Origin: Cyanobacteria bacterium P01_A01_bin.123
Lineage (GTDB): Bacteria > Cyanobacteriota > Cyanobacteriia > Phormidesmidales > Phormidesmidaceae
Length of the DNA stretch: 64,000 nt
Direction: 5' to 3'
NCBI GenBank assembly: GCA_039815185.1
Contig: JBCBZT010000011.1
Coordinates: 96,001 to 160,000 of the forward strand
A program made the position numbers and the translations under genes. Within the stretch, counting starts at the first letter, position 1. Each line of letters begins with the position of its first letter. A model generated the notes under the pieces. It made no database searches and had not been told where the DNA came from. It worked only from the letters and a program-made list of their open reading frames with translations. This document shows positions 20,583 through 30,893 of the stretch, in pieces.

Positions 20583-22952
20583 TCAGTTCCTCAGCGGCTT
20601 TTTCGTTTTCAACATGTGCAAAATCCGGGCCTGCGTCTTGGGTTCGTCAATCAAGGGTAAGAAAGCATCGCGTTCTAGACCCAGCAGGTAGTTTTCATCT
20701 ACAGGCGTAAGCGCCGTCAGGTCACCGCCGGTTAACACATAGGCGAGTCGATTGGCTAACACCTGGTCATAGGCGCTGGCATAGTGACCTTCTGCCATCA
20801 CGTAGGCCATGTGCTCTAGGGTGGCTCGGGCGGGTGCCCCTAGCACTGGAATGGGATCGCGCGGCGGTGGCACGTAGCCTTGACGAGCCAGACATAATAC
20901 AGATTGCTTGGCAGCATACAGGCGGCGATCGCGGTTTAGAATCACCCGAGTCGTGGGGGGTAAGAATCCCAGTTCCATTGCTTCGTAGGCACTATTAGCA
21001 ACCTTAGCCATGCCAATGGTGGTGAATACCTGTTTCAGATAGGGCAGGATGTCGCTGGTGGTTTTCGTCAGCGCCTGGTGGGCGGCCCAGCGAGCCATCC
21101 GCATCAAGCCACCGCCAGCTGGAATCAAGCCCACCCCCAACTCAACCAAACCAATGTACGTTTCGGCATCGGCCACAACATGGGGACAGGCCATCGCCAA
21201 TTCACAACCACCACCCAGGGCGCGCCCGTGGACTGCTGCCGCAATCGGTTTGTGGAAGTAGTAAATCCGCTGAACCAGGGCTTGGAATTTGCTCAACAGT
21301 TTGGCAATACTGCTGTGGCCATGGCTCAAGGGGTTCAGGTTTTCCCATTGGGCCATCTTGCCCACTTCAGCCAGATTGATGCCAACACAGAAGTTGGGGC
21401 CTTCATTACCAATCACTAAACCGTGATAGGTGTCATGGGTTTCTAGCCAATCCAGTGCCGCAACTAAACCATTAATCACCTTGACCGTCAGGGTATTGGC
21501 TTTAGAGCGGAGTTCGTAGAGGGCGACGCCATTGCCGAGGTCGATTAGGGCCGCGTCAGCATTTTGCCAGAGGGTTGTCTGGGGATTGGCTTTGAGGGGG
21601 CCTAAATGAATCTCATCCGGGGGCAACGGTTGGGGGATATAGCAGCGATCGCTCGGTTGATAAACGGTATGGGGGTCGCCATAGAAGCTCTGACCCCCTG
21701 ACGCCTGCATCGTTTTCACCCAGTCTGGTGCGGTGAATCCAGCTTTTTCCAGATCCTCTAAGACGGTTTCAAACCCTAGGGCATCCCAAATTTGGAATGG
21801 CCCGAGTTCCCAACCAAATCCCCAGCGCAGGGCCTGATCGATGGCAACAGGACTGTCAGCAATCTCGGGAATGCGATGGACGCTATAGGCCAATGTCGCC
21901 AGCATCAACTGCCGGAAGAACTGACCAGCCCGTCCGCGATCGCTATAGAGTTTGCGTAGCCGTGCTTTCAGGGATAGTAGCTTTTTGATGCTGTCCAGAT
22001 TTCCCAGGTTCAGGGGCTGCGGTGGTTCATAGGCCAGGGTTTTAGGATTCAGGGACAAAATTTCCCCAGCCACTTTTTTGTAGAACCCTTGTCCACTCTT
22101 GGCCCCGAGCGTCCCGGTATTCACCAGGGTGTGCAACAGGTCAGGCACCTGAAACATGTCTCGCTGCTCATCCTCGGGAATAGCGGGATACAGGTTCTCC
22201 GATACATACAGCAGGGTATCCAGGCCAACTAAATCGGCAGTGCGGAAGGTGGCGGATTTCGGTCGTCCGACCAGCGTCCCTGTCAGGGTGTCAATTTCTT
22301 CGACGGTGTAGTTCTGCTCGGTGAATGCCTTAATGCCCAGCATGGAAACAAATACCCCAATCCGGTTGGCGATGAAGTTAGGCGTATCTTTGGCAATCAC
22401 AATCCCCTTGCCCAGCCGCAGACGACCAAATTCTGCTGTGCGGGTCAGCACCTCGGGGTCGGTATCGGCAGTGGGAATTAGCTCTAACAACTGCAAATAG
22501 CGGGGCGGATTGAAGAAATGGGTGCCTAAAAATCGTTTGCGGAAACTGGCAGAACGACCATGGGCGATCGCAGCCACAGATAATCCACTGGTATTAGTGG
22601 AAATCACCGTCTTTTTGTCCACAACGGTTTCTACCCTGGTCATCAACTGTTGTTTGATGGTCAGGTTCTCGACCACCGCTTCGATCACCCAATCCACGGT
22701 AGCTAAGCGATCAAAGTGGTCGTCGTAATTGCCTAGGGTAATGCGCTGGGCCATTTTGGCGCTATAGAAAATTGGTGGGGACTGTTTCAGGGCTTTTTTG
22801 AATGCCGTTTCCACGCCCGCGTTTTTATCGCCTCCGGTGGCAGGCAAATCTAGCAGATGAACAGTGAGGCCAGCGTTTGCCAGGTGAGCGGCAATTTGGC
22901 TACCCATGATTCCGGCCCCGAGGACGGCGGCGGTTTTGAAGGGAGTTTGCAT
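20583..22952 (-). CDS. 3-hydroxyacyl-CoA dehydrogenase / enoyl-CoA hydratase fusion (FadN-like order)
   Basis: GAGIMG Rossmann, HFFNPPRY, then crotonase domain ALGGGCE..GLVELGVGLIP; ends KPLRN. Confidence 0.93.
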   Translation of the reverse strand: MQTPFKTAAVLGAGIMGSQIAAHLANAGLTVHLLDLPATGGDKNAGVETAFKKALKQSPPIFYSAKMAQRITLGNYDDHFDRLATVDWVIEAVVENLTIKQQLMTRVETVVDKKTVISTNTSGLSVAAIAHGRSASFRKRFLGTHFFNPPRYLQLLELIPTADTDPEVLTRTAEFGRLRLGKGIVIAKDTPNFIANRIGVFVSMLGIKAFTEQNYTVEEIDTLTGTLVGRPKSATFRTADLVGLDTLLYVSENLYPAIPEDEQRDMFQVPDLLHTLVNTGTLGAKSGQGFYKKVAGEILSLNPKTLAYEPPQPLNLGNLDSIKKLLSLKARLRKLYSDRGRAGQFFRQLMLATLAYSVHRIPEIADSPVAIDQALRWGFGWELGPFQIWDALGFETVLEDLEKAGFTAPDWVKTMQASGGQSFYGDPHTVYQPSDRCYIPQPLPPDEIHLGPLKANPQTTLWQNADAALIDLGNGVALYELRSKANTLTVKVINGLVAALDWLETHDTYHGLVIGNEGPNFCVGINLAEVGKMAQWENLNPLSHGHSSIAKLLSKFQALVQRIYYFHKPIAAAVHGRALGGGCELAMACPHVVADAETYIGLVELGVGLIPAGGGLMRMARWAAHQALTKTTSDILPYLKQVFTTIGMAKVANSAYEAMELGFLPPTTRVILNRDRRLYAAKQSVLCLARQGYVPPPRDPIPVLGAPARATLEHMAYVMAEGHYASAYDQVLANRLAYVLTGGDLTALTPVDENYLLGLERDAFLPLIDEPKTQARILHMLKTKKPLRN

Positions 22953-22967
22953 GGTGGGTTCCTCATT

Positions 22968-23134
22968 GTGGGGGTGGGAGGGGGGGAGTAATGGAGGGAG
23001 GGGGTGATGGCGTAACGGGGTAGGGATGGTGGGGAGGTGAGGGGATGGGGAGCGGGGGAATGGAGAGAGAGGTGGCAGAGCAGTAGACGGGGAGATGGGG
23101 AGATGGGGAGATGGGGAGATGGGGAGATGGGGAG
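22968..23134. repeat. G-rich short tandem repeats (GGGGAGAT x5 perfect at 23089-23128)
   Basis: Direct reading; STRR-like intergenic repeat. Confidence 0.9.
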
Positions 23135-23288
23135 GCTTGTCCTGAGCTTGTCGAATGGGCGGAGTTGAAGGATGGGGAAGATTTGGAGACGTGTTGTTTG
23201 GGGGGTGAGGAACGGGGTTTCTGGGGAGGGTGTTGGGTAAAACCGTGAGGAGCGTGTGAGAAACCCGGTTCCTGTGTGCAAGTGCAGG

Positions 23289-25481
23289 CTAATGATGCAA
23301 AAGGGATTTGGCGTGGATGGGGCAGGTGTGGGTTAGGGCGTTGTTGTTGGGGGCTGGGGTGGTTGATCGGTTAGCGGGACGGGAGGTTGGGTGATATAGG
23401 GCTTCGATGTCGGCGGCAAATTGGGTCAAGGCCCAGGTGCGATTGAGTTGGCCGTTGGGAAGACGTCCGCCGTTATCTAGAGTAGGTCGGGCGTTTTGGT
23501 GGGGGTCGAGAATGCGGAATTGGCGGACGGTGGACCAATAGGGGAGGTGACAGTTGGCGCTGTCGATTAGGGTTTGGTAGTGGGCCAGCAGGGTGGGATG
23601 GTTCCACCAGTAGGGCGCATCAGTGTCGAGCCCGGCAGTTTCGGCGATCGCGTTGAGGTGGCTCAGATCGGGGGCAATTAACATGCCGCAGAACTTGTGG
23701 TTAGCACCGACAGCGATCGCGTAGGCCACTAAAGGAGAAGCCATTACGGCTTGTTCTAGGGGGCGAGGAGAGACGTATTTGCCAGTAGCCAGCTTAAATA
23801 GGGCCTTTTTCACCCCGGTGATAGACAGGAAACCATGGGCGTCGATTTCCCCTAAGTCTCCAGTGCGGAGCCATCCATCTGGGTCAAAGAGGGTCTGATT
23901 TGCATCAGGGTTTTGGTAGTAACCCGAAGTGACAAAGGGGGCTTTGATCAGGATTTCGCGATCTTCGGTTAGGGTTATTGCCACCCCTGGGATTGGCAGA
24001 CCGACGGTGCCAGCCCGATTGTTTGCACCTCGGTTGTAGCAGACGACCCCGCTGGTTTCAGTCAGGCCGTAGCCTTGAAGTACGGGTAGTCCTGCGGCGG
24101 TAAACAGATTGACGAGATCAGCCCGTAGGGCTGCGCCGCCTGAGATCAGCGCCTTGAGGCGATCGCCAAAGCTGGCTCGCCATTTGCGGAAGACCAATCG
24201 TTCTGCCAACTGCAACTGCACGGCATAGAGCCCTTGGGGCGGATGTTCAACATCAAAGCGCTGGGCTAGTTTTAGGGCCCAATCAAAGACCGCCCGATCA
24301 AAACCCTTTAACCGTCTTCCGCGCTCTATCAGGCGCTCATGCACCTTCTCTAACAGCCGGGGCACCGTAATCATCAAGGTGGGACGGACGGTGCGGAGAT
24401 GCTTAAACAGGTGGTTGGGGTCGGAGAGATAGATCGTGTGGCCATAGGCCAAGTGACCGTAGAGAAATACCCGCGCAAAGATATGGGTCAGGGGTAAAAA
24501 CAGCAGCGCCACTTCTGCCGACCCGAATTGGAGTTGGGGATAACTGGTAAATGCTGCCAGCACATTTGCAGAAATGTTTTCGTGGGTTAGCATCACCCCC
24601 TTGGGATGTTGCGTTTCGCTAGCAATATAAATGATGGTGGCTAAATCTTCAGGGGCGATCGCTCGACGTAACTGCTCTACGGCACGCACTGTCCAGTGCT
24701 GGCGTCCTTGCGCGCGCACTTCTTCAAGGGACATGAGCTGAATGCAAGGGGGAACTAGTCTGGGCGAACAGGGCTCCTGGGAACAGGCATCCCCTAACAA
24801 CTGGGGAATATGCAGACATCTCTCAGGCGTTGGCAACACAGGTTCTGCAGAGGCCGCCGAGTTTTCTAGCGGCTGTGCCGATGAATCTTTCTGGGCATAC
24901 CGAGTCAGGTTAGCGCGGACTATGGGCCAATCCTCAGGCACCTCGGCTACGATAATTTGCGCCAGGGTAGTGGCTTCCCAGAGATAGGGGGCTAACTGCT
25001 GCAACAGATCCAGGTTAGACACCACCATTCCCTTGGCTTGGGTGTGGTGCAAGATGAACAGGATATTTTCAATGGTTTGGGTCAAGTCAATCGGTACATT
25101 AACCACACCAGCCAACAAACACCCCATATCCACCGAACAAAAATCCTGGCTATTGTGCATGACCAATGGCAGGCGATCGCCCCGCTGTGCCCCTAGCGCC
25201 AACAACCCCAAGGCAATGTCTTCTGCATCTCGTCGCAAGGCTTGATTCGAAAGCGATCGCCACTGGTGGTGATGCCATTGATTCAACGCCTGGGCATTGG
25301 GCGTACGCCCACAGGCCGCATCCAGCAGGGAAGGCAGGGTGCGCCCTAAAAGCAACGGACTCCTATCGACTACCTGATCGCTGATAATAGCTACATCACT
25401 CGTGCCAGCGTCGGTACACTTAGTAGTGATTGCACCCGAATCAAAAGCGTTGTGATGGGATAATCTTGGAGAACCATTCAT
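23289..25481 (-). CDS. long-chain acyl-CoA synthetase (AMP-binding)
   Basis: PKGVMLTH, QGYGLTET, GWLRTGDLG, GKYVSP; P-loop degenerate (YIASETQHPKG). Confidence 0.88.
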   Translation of the reverse strand: MNGSPRLSHHNAFDSGAITTKCTDAGTSDVAIISDQVVDRSPLLLGRTLPSLLDAACGRTPNAQALNQWHHHQWRSLSNQALRRDAEDIALGLLALGAQRGDRLPLVMHNSQDFCSVDMGCLLAGVVNVPIDLTQTIENILFILHHTQAKGMVVSNLDLLQQLAPYLWEATTLAQIIVAEVPEDWPIVRANLTRYAQKDSSAQPLENSAASAEPVLPTPERCLHIPQLLGDACSQEPCSPRLVPPCIQLMSLEEVRAQGRQHWTVRAVEQLRRAIAPEDLATIIYIASETQHPKGVMLTHENISANVLAAFTSYPQLQFGSAEVALLFLPLTHIFARVFLYGHLAYGHTIYLSDPNHLFKHLRTVRPTLMITVPRLLEKVHERLIERGRRLKGFDRAVFDWALKLAQRFDVEHPPQGLYAVQLQLAERLVFRKWRASFGDRLKALISGGAALRADLVNLFTAAGLPVLQGYGLTETSGVVCYNRGANNRAGTVGLPIPGVAITLTEDREILIKAPFVTSGYYQNPDANQTLFDPDGWLRTGDLGEIDAHGFLSITGVKKALFKLATGKYVSPRPLEQAVMASPLVAYAIAVGANHKFCGMLIAPDLSHLNAIAETAGLDTDAPYWWNHPTLLAHYQTLIDSANCHLPYWSTVRQFRILDPHQNARPTLDNGGRLPNGQLNRTWALTQFAADIEALYHPTSRPANRSTTPAPNNNALTHTCPIHAKSLLHH

Positions 25482-26027
25482 CTGTTTAAGAAGCGTCGAT
25501 ATCGCTCCCTCAAAGACGTCAAAAAGCAGCTTCTCTGCCGCAACTGTCCCTGAAGAGAAGGATCATGGACACGCCAATCACGACCGGAAGTAAGGTCAAA
25601 AAAGGAGAGGAGTAGACGCGATCGCAATGAATGCACCGCAACCTTTTCTCTAAAGATGAAGCGACAGCTATGAATCCAATCTGCAACTCGATGCCTGTGG
25701 CTTAGTCTAAAGGTTTAAAGAAATAGGTGAATTGAATAATCGGCAAATTCTAAACCTTTAATACCTATCAATCTAAATCACTAGAAAAGTTGGTACTAAG
25801 CTAAACAAACACCAGGAGAGTTCATCATTAATGCTGACAAATCAGAGGATTGAGCCAAGCAATAACTTGCAGACAATCAGATCAGAAGCGCTAATTAAAA
25901 GCGCTGTCTGAATAAGCCTTAGTATTCAGTATAACCTTATAGTCGAGTGACTAACCATTTAGATAGCCCCCTCCACCTAGGAGTTGAAAAGAATCTTATT
26001 TTTTCTTCAAAGATTGATTTTGTGACG

Positions 26028-26918
26028 TCAAGGTATTGCTTGACAGCTCCTGAAGTGAGACCTACGTTGATAAACAGATTTCTCTGGCTGAATGTGCTGT
26101 TCCAACCAGAAAAGAATATCTTGAGAAACGGCCAGCGCACAGGTATCATTGTGCAAATCATGATAAGCCCCCAAGTATTCTCGATACGACTTATCTAAAC
26201 ACGGCAGTTTTTCAAAGGCCGTACGTCCGCTTTCATTTAAGGCAACTGGATCACGACTGCCATGCAAAATTAAAATGGGCGTCGTTAGATCAGGTAAATG
26301 AGATTGAATCCATTGCTTTGTTTTGAGGAATTCTGCTGCTAAGCGGGCCGTTCCTTGGCTATGTCGAAGTGGGTCATTGTCATAGGCAGATATAAGGGTT
26401 GGGTCATGTGAACCGCCATCTTTTGCAAGACCAGTATTGAGGGTAAATTGAGGCCAAATCCAAGATAGAAGCTGGCCGATTGCTAGCTTTAAAGGTGAAA
26501 CTCCAACAGATCCAATGGCAGGTGCAAGCGTAATAATTCCCGAGAGGGCTTCAGGATAGTGCAGTGCATAGTCCAGGATAATCACTGCTCCCAAGCTGTG
26601 GCCCAATGCAAAATAGGGGAGGTTGGGGTTTTGGGTCATCATCAGCTGCCAGAACTGATGCAAATCTCCACGAAAGTCTTCCCAATGACTAATGAAGCCC
26701 CGTTGCCCAGGGGACTGACCATGGCCACGCAAATCTAACGCATACACGCCATACCCCTGCTCAACCAAGGGGGCGACCACTCTCATAAACCAACCGCTGT
26801 GGCTACCCAAACCGTGAACAATGCCGATGATAGCCTTCACATGCTGATCGGGGAACCAGCTTTGATAATACAAATCCAGCCCGTCAATGCCGGATAACCA
26901 ACTTTCAATGTGTTGCAT
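26028..26918 (-). CDS. lysophospholipase / monoglyceride lipase family hydrolase
   Basis: IVHGLGSH, DLRGHGQS, GHSLG nucleophile, YHDLH. Confidence 0.9.
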   Translation of the reverse strand: MQHIESWLSGIDGLDLYYQSWFPDQHVKAIIGIVHGLGSHSGWFMRVVAPLVEQGYGVYALDLRGHGQSPGQRGFISHWEDFRGDLHQFWQLMMTQNPNLPYFALGHSLGAVIILDYALHYPEALSGIITLAPAIGSVGVSPLKLAIGQLLSWIWPQFTLNTGLAKDGGSHDPTLISAYDNDPLRHSQGTARLAAEFLKTKQWIQSHLPDLTTPILILHGSRDPVALNESGRTAFEKLPCLDKSYREYLGAYHDLHNDTCALAVSQDILFWLEQHIQPEKSVYQRRSHFRSCQAIP

Positions 26919-26976
26919 GTGGCGTACCTCTCCAAGGGGTTAACTGCGTCTTTAAAGAGATGCAATGATACGCTTG

Positions 26977-28716
26977 CTAAGCGTGTTTGGCAGTTTGGTT
27001 AGCAGTATTACCCTTATCTCTTCTGACATTTTTGGCAGTGACTGTTGGTGAAGAAAACTCTGCCATCAATTGGCTGTCTAAGCACTGCAATTTCTTATCT
27101 AAGGCAGCTTTGGATTTTTCACTGATTAATCCAAGTGCATCGGGAGAATGACTTAAATAGGCGGCATAGTCTGCGCTGAGGTAAGCTTCTATGTCTCTTT
27201 TCTCTGGCTTCAAATACCGATCGAAAAAAGCAATGCTGAGGGCTTTCATGGGCGCATCGACTAAAGCATTTGTTCCGGTAGCGGATACTGATTGGGGTGA
27301 CCAATCGATTTCTAAATTCAAGTCACTCACAAAGCGTTGTAAATCTCGAATATGTGACTTGCCCTGCACTAAAGCTAAGTACTGATTAAACCCGGTTAAG
27401 CCTTGAAAGATGCGGATTTGCTCCAGAACGAGTGGGGCTACCATGTCATGTTCCCCTGCTATTAACATAACGGGAACTTGGATTTGGGCTAGGCCCGTTG
27501 TGCCAAAAATCTCGCTGCCCACTGAGTCCAAACAGAGGATGGCCTGAATCCGATGATCTTGGAGTTGGTAGAGCTGTCGTGGCAACACTAGGGCCTGACA
27601 TTGCAACAGCATTGAAAAATTCGGGTCCGGAGTAGGTAATCCACAGGCTTGTGCAAGTCTTTTGAAGTGGATAGTAGCACCGGCTAGGGCAAACGCACTA
27701 TAAGCCCCAAAGGAATGCCCCATGATCCCAACCCGCTCTAGATTGAGCTTACCGGCCCACGCACTTCCAAAACCTTGAGCGAGTTGATCAAGCAAGTAGC
27801 TGATATCTAAGGGACGATCGATGAATGTTGAGAGCTTAAAGACTTCAGCCCTGTCTCCTGATAGCATGCGACGAATCTGTTCAACATCACTACCAGGATG
27901 CTGGGGCGTCACCACAAAGTAACCATAGGAGGCTAAGTGACGCGCATATAAGTCAACGCCATCTGGCTTCGACGCTAAGCCATGGGACTGAACGATGACA
28001 GGGACAGGTTGGAGAGGCCAGGGATCTGGCTCGTAACAGAGCACTTCCAGTGGACAGGTGTCTTCCTCAAGGCAATCGTCCCGTCTCCTGCCTGGTAAAG
28101 TCAGGTGCGATCGCTGTACTGCAAATTCACCCACGGTTCGCAAATCGGGAAAGGTAGCGAAATGTTGTGCGGGAATCAGTTGGGCCTCTGCCTTTGACAA
28201 CTGGTGAATGGTTTCTGTTGCGATTCGAGTCGCCTCAATCAACCATTCGACGCGTTTTGCCGTGAATAGCAGTTGATCCAGGTTGAATTGCAGCGTTTCG
28301 GGAAAATGACGTAATGCGCTAAGTAATGACAATCCCGCTGGATCCGCTGCCATCTGCACCAAGAGCTCTCTAAGAGACTGTTTGGGATTGTGATGACTCG
28401 GCCATTTGAAAAAGCGTTCAACCCAGTCCAACCATAGCTCTCCTATCGAAGTATGAAAAAAACGATAGAGCTGTTTGGGATTCAGGCTCAGGCGAGTTTG
28501 CAGAACACGCTGACACCTTGCCTGTAGAGCTGCATTACTACCTTCCAAGTAAAGCTCACAGGTTTTTTGAGCTACACGGGGCAGTTTTTGAGCTACGAGA
28601 AGCCCTTTAACTTTTCGCAGGAACCGGATAAATGGAGCAATGACAGTATTTCTGGGTCGCTTGGCGGGAGACAAAAGATTAGGTGGGCGTGAGGGTGCAT
28701 TAGTCATGGCACACAA
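26977..28716 (-). CDS. alpha/beta hydrolase with DUF1400-like N-terminus
   Basis: SHGLAS, HPGSD, FIDRPLDISYLLD, GHSFG; cyanobacterial predicted dienelactone-hydrolase-like family; start uncertain. Confidence 0.8.
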   Translation of the reverse strand: MCAMTNAPSRPPNLLSPAKRPRNTVIAPFIRFLRKVKGLLVAQKLPRVAQKTCELYLEGSNAALQARCQRVLQTRLSLNPKQLYRFFHTSIGELWLDWVERFFKWPSHHNPKQSLRELLVQMAADPAGLSLLSALRHFPETLQFNLDQLLFTAKRVEWLIEATRIATETIHQLSKAEAQLIPAQHFATFPDLRTVGEFAVQRSHLTLPGRRRDDCLEEDTCPLEVLCYEPDPWPLQPVPVIVQSHGLASKPDGVDLYARHLASYGYFVVTPQHPGSDVEQIRRMLSGDRAEVFKLSTFIDRPLDISYLLDQLAQGFGSAWAGKLNLERVGIMGHSFGAYSAFALAGATIHFKRLAQACGLPTPDPNFSMLLQCQALVLPRQLYQLQDHRIQAILCLDSVGSEIFGTTGLAQIQVPVMLIAGEHDMVAPLVLEQIRIFQGLTGFNQYLALVQGKSHIRDLQRFVSDLNLEIDWSPQSVSATGTNALVDAPMKALSIAFFDRYLKPEKRDIEAYLSADYAAYLSHSPDALGLISEKSKAALDKKLQCLDSQLMAEFSSPTVTAKNVRRDKGNTANQTAKHA

Positions 28717-28935
28717 CCTCTAACGAGACAACATGACGTTGTCTACTCCGCTCCCTTCAAATCTATGATGACTTACAGGCTTCATAGTTGTGGAGAGTTG
28801 GCAACCATTAGCAATAAAGAAGTCAGCGACTCGTCTAATGACTATGCCACGCTCTCTCTAGGAACTTGCCAAGCGGTTTGGCCACCCAACTTACCCACCT
28901 TTGTAAAGTATCAATGTCCCCGTTGATAGACCGTT

Positions 28936-29073
28936 TCACCCCGTTGACATTTTGGCTTGACGGGCATAGCGACGATCGACATGGCCAATTTCATAGGCAG
29001 AGAAAGTTGCCATGCCGTGGGAGTGCGATCGCAGCTCGTCGGTAGCGTAGCCAAGCATTTCAGCATCTTTCAC
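28936..29073 (-). pseudogene. short ORF resembling EF-G domain V fragment
   Basis: GTG..AEMLGYATDELRSHSHGMATFS versus EF-G consensus AEMFGYATDLRSxTQGxxxFS; 45 aa. Confidence 0.35.
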
Positions 29074-29135
29074 TATTACCAAGCTTTAAGCGGGCAGGCC
29101 TTTAAATTTGTCTGATGTAGAATTCTTGATTGAAG

Positions 29136-29207
29136 AGTTTAGATGAACAATATGAGGAACTTGTGAACATCACTGACCACAAGTTCCTCATATTGTTTTC
29201 TTAGTAT
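29136..29207. promoter_or_regulatory. back-to-back pair of island boxes forming a perfect 20-bp inverted repeat
   Basis: Minus: TCACAAGTTCCTCA (29166-29153), 11 nt, TAAACT (29141-29136). Plus: CCACAAGTTCCTCA (29177-29190), 11 nt, TAGTAT (29202-29207). Confidence 0.85.
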
Positions 29208-29304
29208 TAATTATAGCTACTTAGAGCTGAATGCCATAAGGTAAATTTTCCGTTGGAAATTTTGCTTGAATTGTTTCTAACTGTATCTTTCTAACAGGAG
29301 TTAG

Positions 29305-29735
29305 ATGATGCTAAGACGTTTTTTAAGTTTATGTATAGGATTGGGTTTATTGATTGTCTGCTGGACTGGGCTGGGATTTGATCAACCTGCAAGTGCTCAG
29401 ATATTGGCAAGCGCACACTTTGATAATCAGCCTATCCTCGCTGAGGTATGACGTAACCCTGTGGATAAGCACCTGACTGAAGTTGGCTCAAAGATTGACC
29501 TGAAAAACTCGAATGTAGGTGCCTTTACACAATATCGAGGATTATACCCAACATTGGCACAGAAAATCATTAGGATGCTCCCTTCAATACAGTCGAAGAT
29601 ATCCTCAATATCCCAGGATTAAGTGATAGCGAGCTTAATATTCTTAAAGCCAATTTGGATCATTTTGTAGTGAATCCACCTGAACCAGCCTTGGTTGAAG
29701 GGGGCGATCGCATTAATCCTGGCATTTACAAATAG
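29305..29735 (+). pseudogene. psbU: photosystem II 12 kDa extrinsic protein PsbU pseudogene
   Basis: Signal peptide; in-frame TGA 29449-29451; [32 protein letters not shown]; 1-nt frameshift near 29572; then [31 protein letters not shown]. Confidence 0.9.
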
Positions 29736-29879
29736 ACCTTTTCCCACTCTGAATTCACAGTTTTCCCTGTCGGAATATAGAGCCTTATCCTCCTGGTCAA
29801 GGATTCTAGATCGGATGTAGTTTAGGGCTGGGTTCATATCAACTTATACCGTCATCGATTTGTAGCATTGGAGGTAATT

Positions 29880-30842
29880 ATGAAAAAAATTCAATTGAGC
29901 CAAACAGGAGTAGAAGTCAGTTGTTTAGCTTTAGGAACGCTGCGCTTTGGCACCCTCAACACATACGAAGAATCAGCCCAGTTAATGGATCTTTACTGTG
30001 AAGCAGGGGGCATATTTATTGATACTGGCAATAGCTATAACCAATGGAGTGCTGGTGGCAAGGGCGGCGAAAGCGAAGTTGTGATTGGGCGCTGGCTTCG
30101 AGAACGGGGAAATCGAGAGGATCTCTTCATTGCCAGCAAAGTTGGGTTTGGTTACGAGAATGTCCCCGATGGGCTGGCCGCATCCACCATTATTTCAGAA
30201 TGCGATCAAAGTCTGAGGCGGTTGGGTATCGATCATCTGGATCTGTACTATGCCCATAAAGATGACCCGAACACGCCCTTAGAAGAAACCCTCACAGCGT
30301 TTCACCAGTTGGTGAAAGCGGGTAAGGTACGGTTTGTTGGGGCGAGCAATTATCGTGCTTGGCGGTTAGTAGATGCCGATGCGATCGCCGTCGCACAAGG
30401 TTGGGCCGGGTTTACCTGCATCGAACAGCGGTTTACCTACCTGCGCCCCAATCCTGGTGCCGACTTTGGCGTTCAACGCTTAATCAATGCAGATCTGATG
30501 AGCTATTGCGATGCCCGGGGCAAAACGATGCTGCCTTACACCCCGCTCCTGCGAGGCGCTTACGTTCGTCCTGATCGGCCTGTCCCCGCGACCTATGTTG
30601 GCCCTGATATGGATGCTCGGATGGCGGCCTTAAGGGAAGTCGCTCAGGAACTTGACGCAACCTTAAACCAGATGGTGTTGGCTTGGATGATGCATCGTCA
30701 ACCACCCCTGCTGCCTGCTTTTTCCGGTGGTAAACCCGAGCACATGCGAGAAAATCTGGGGGCGCTAAATCTAACACTCTCTCCTGAGCAGATGGCCAAA
30801 CTCAACAATGCAGGCCACTGTGTGAATGAGGAACCCAACTAA
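29880..30842 (+). CDS. aldo/keto reductase
   Basis: LALGT, IDTGNSY, IASKVG, DLYYAH, GASNY. Confidence 0.93.
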   Translation: MKKIQLSQTGVEVSCLALGTLRFGTLNTYEESAQLMDLYCEAGGIFIDTGNSYNQWSAGGKGGESEVVIGRWLRERGNREDLFIASKVGFGYENVPDGLAASTIISECDQSLRRLGIDHLDLYYAHKDDPNTPLEETLTAFHQLVKAGKVRFVGASNYRAWRLVDADAIAVAQGWAGFTCIEQRFTYLRPNPGADFGVQRLINADLMSYCDARGKTMLPYTPLLRGAYVRPDRPVPATYVGPDMDARMAALREVAQELDATLNQMVLAWMMHRQPPLLPAFSGGKPEHMRENLGALNLTLSPEQMAKLNNAGHCVNEEPN

Positions 30843-30870
30843 GGGAACTGCACGGAAGTAACCTACCAAA

Positions 30871-30893
30871 GGGGTTTGGTATTGCCAAACCCC
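30871..30893. terminator. hairpin between convergent AKR and MBL genes
   Basis: GGGGTTTGG-TATTG-CCAAACCCC. Confidence 0.6.

Noticed and set aside
22968..23134. CRISPR array
   Set aside because: 8-bp tandem units without spacers; no cas genes seen in the window.
22850..23281. 143-aa Pro/Ser-rich ORF, and the N-terminal extensions of atpC (40017) and atpG (44616)
   Set aside because: Translations of low-complexity intergenic repeats.
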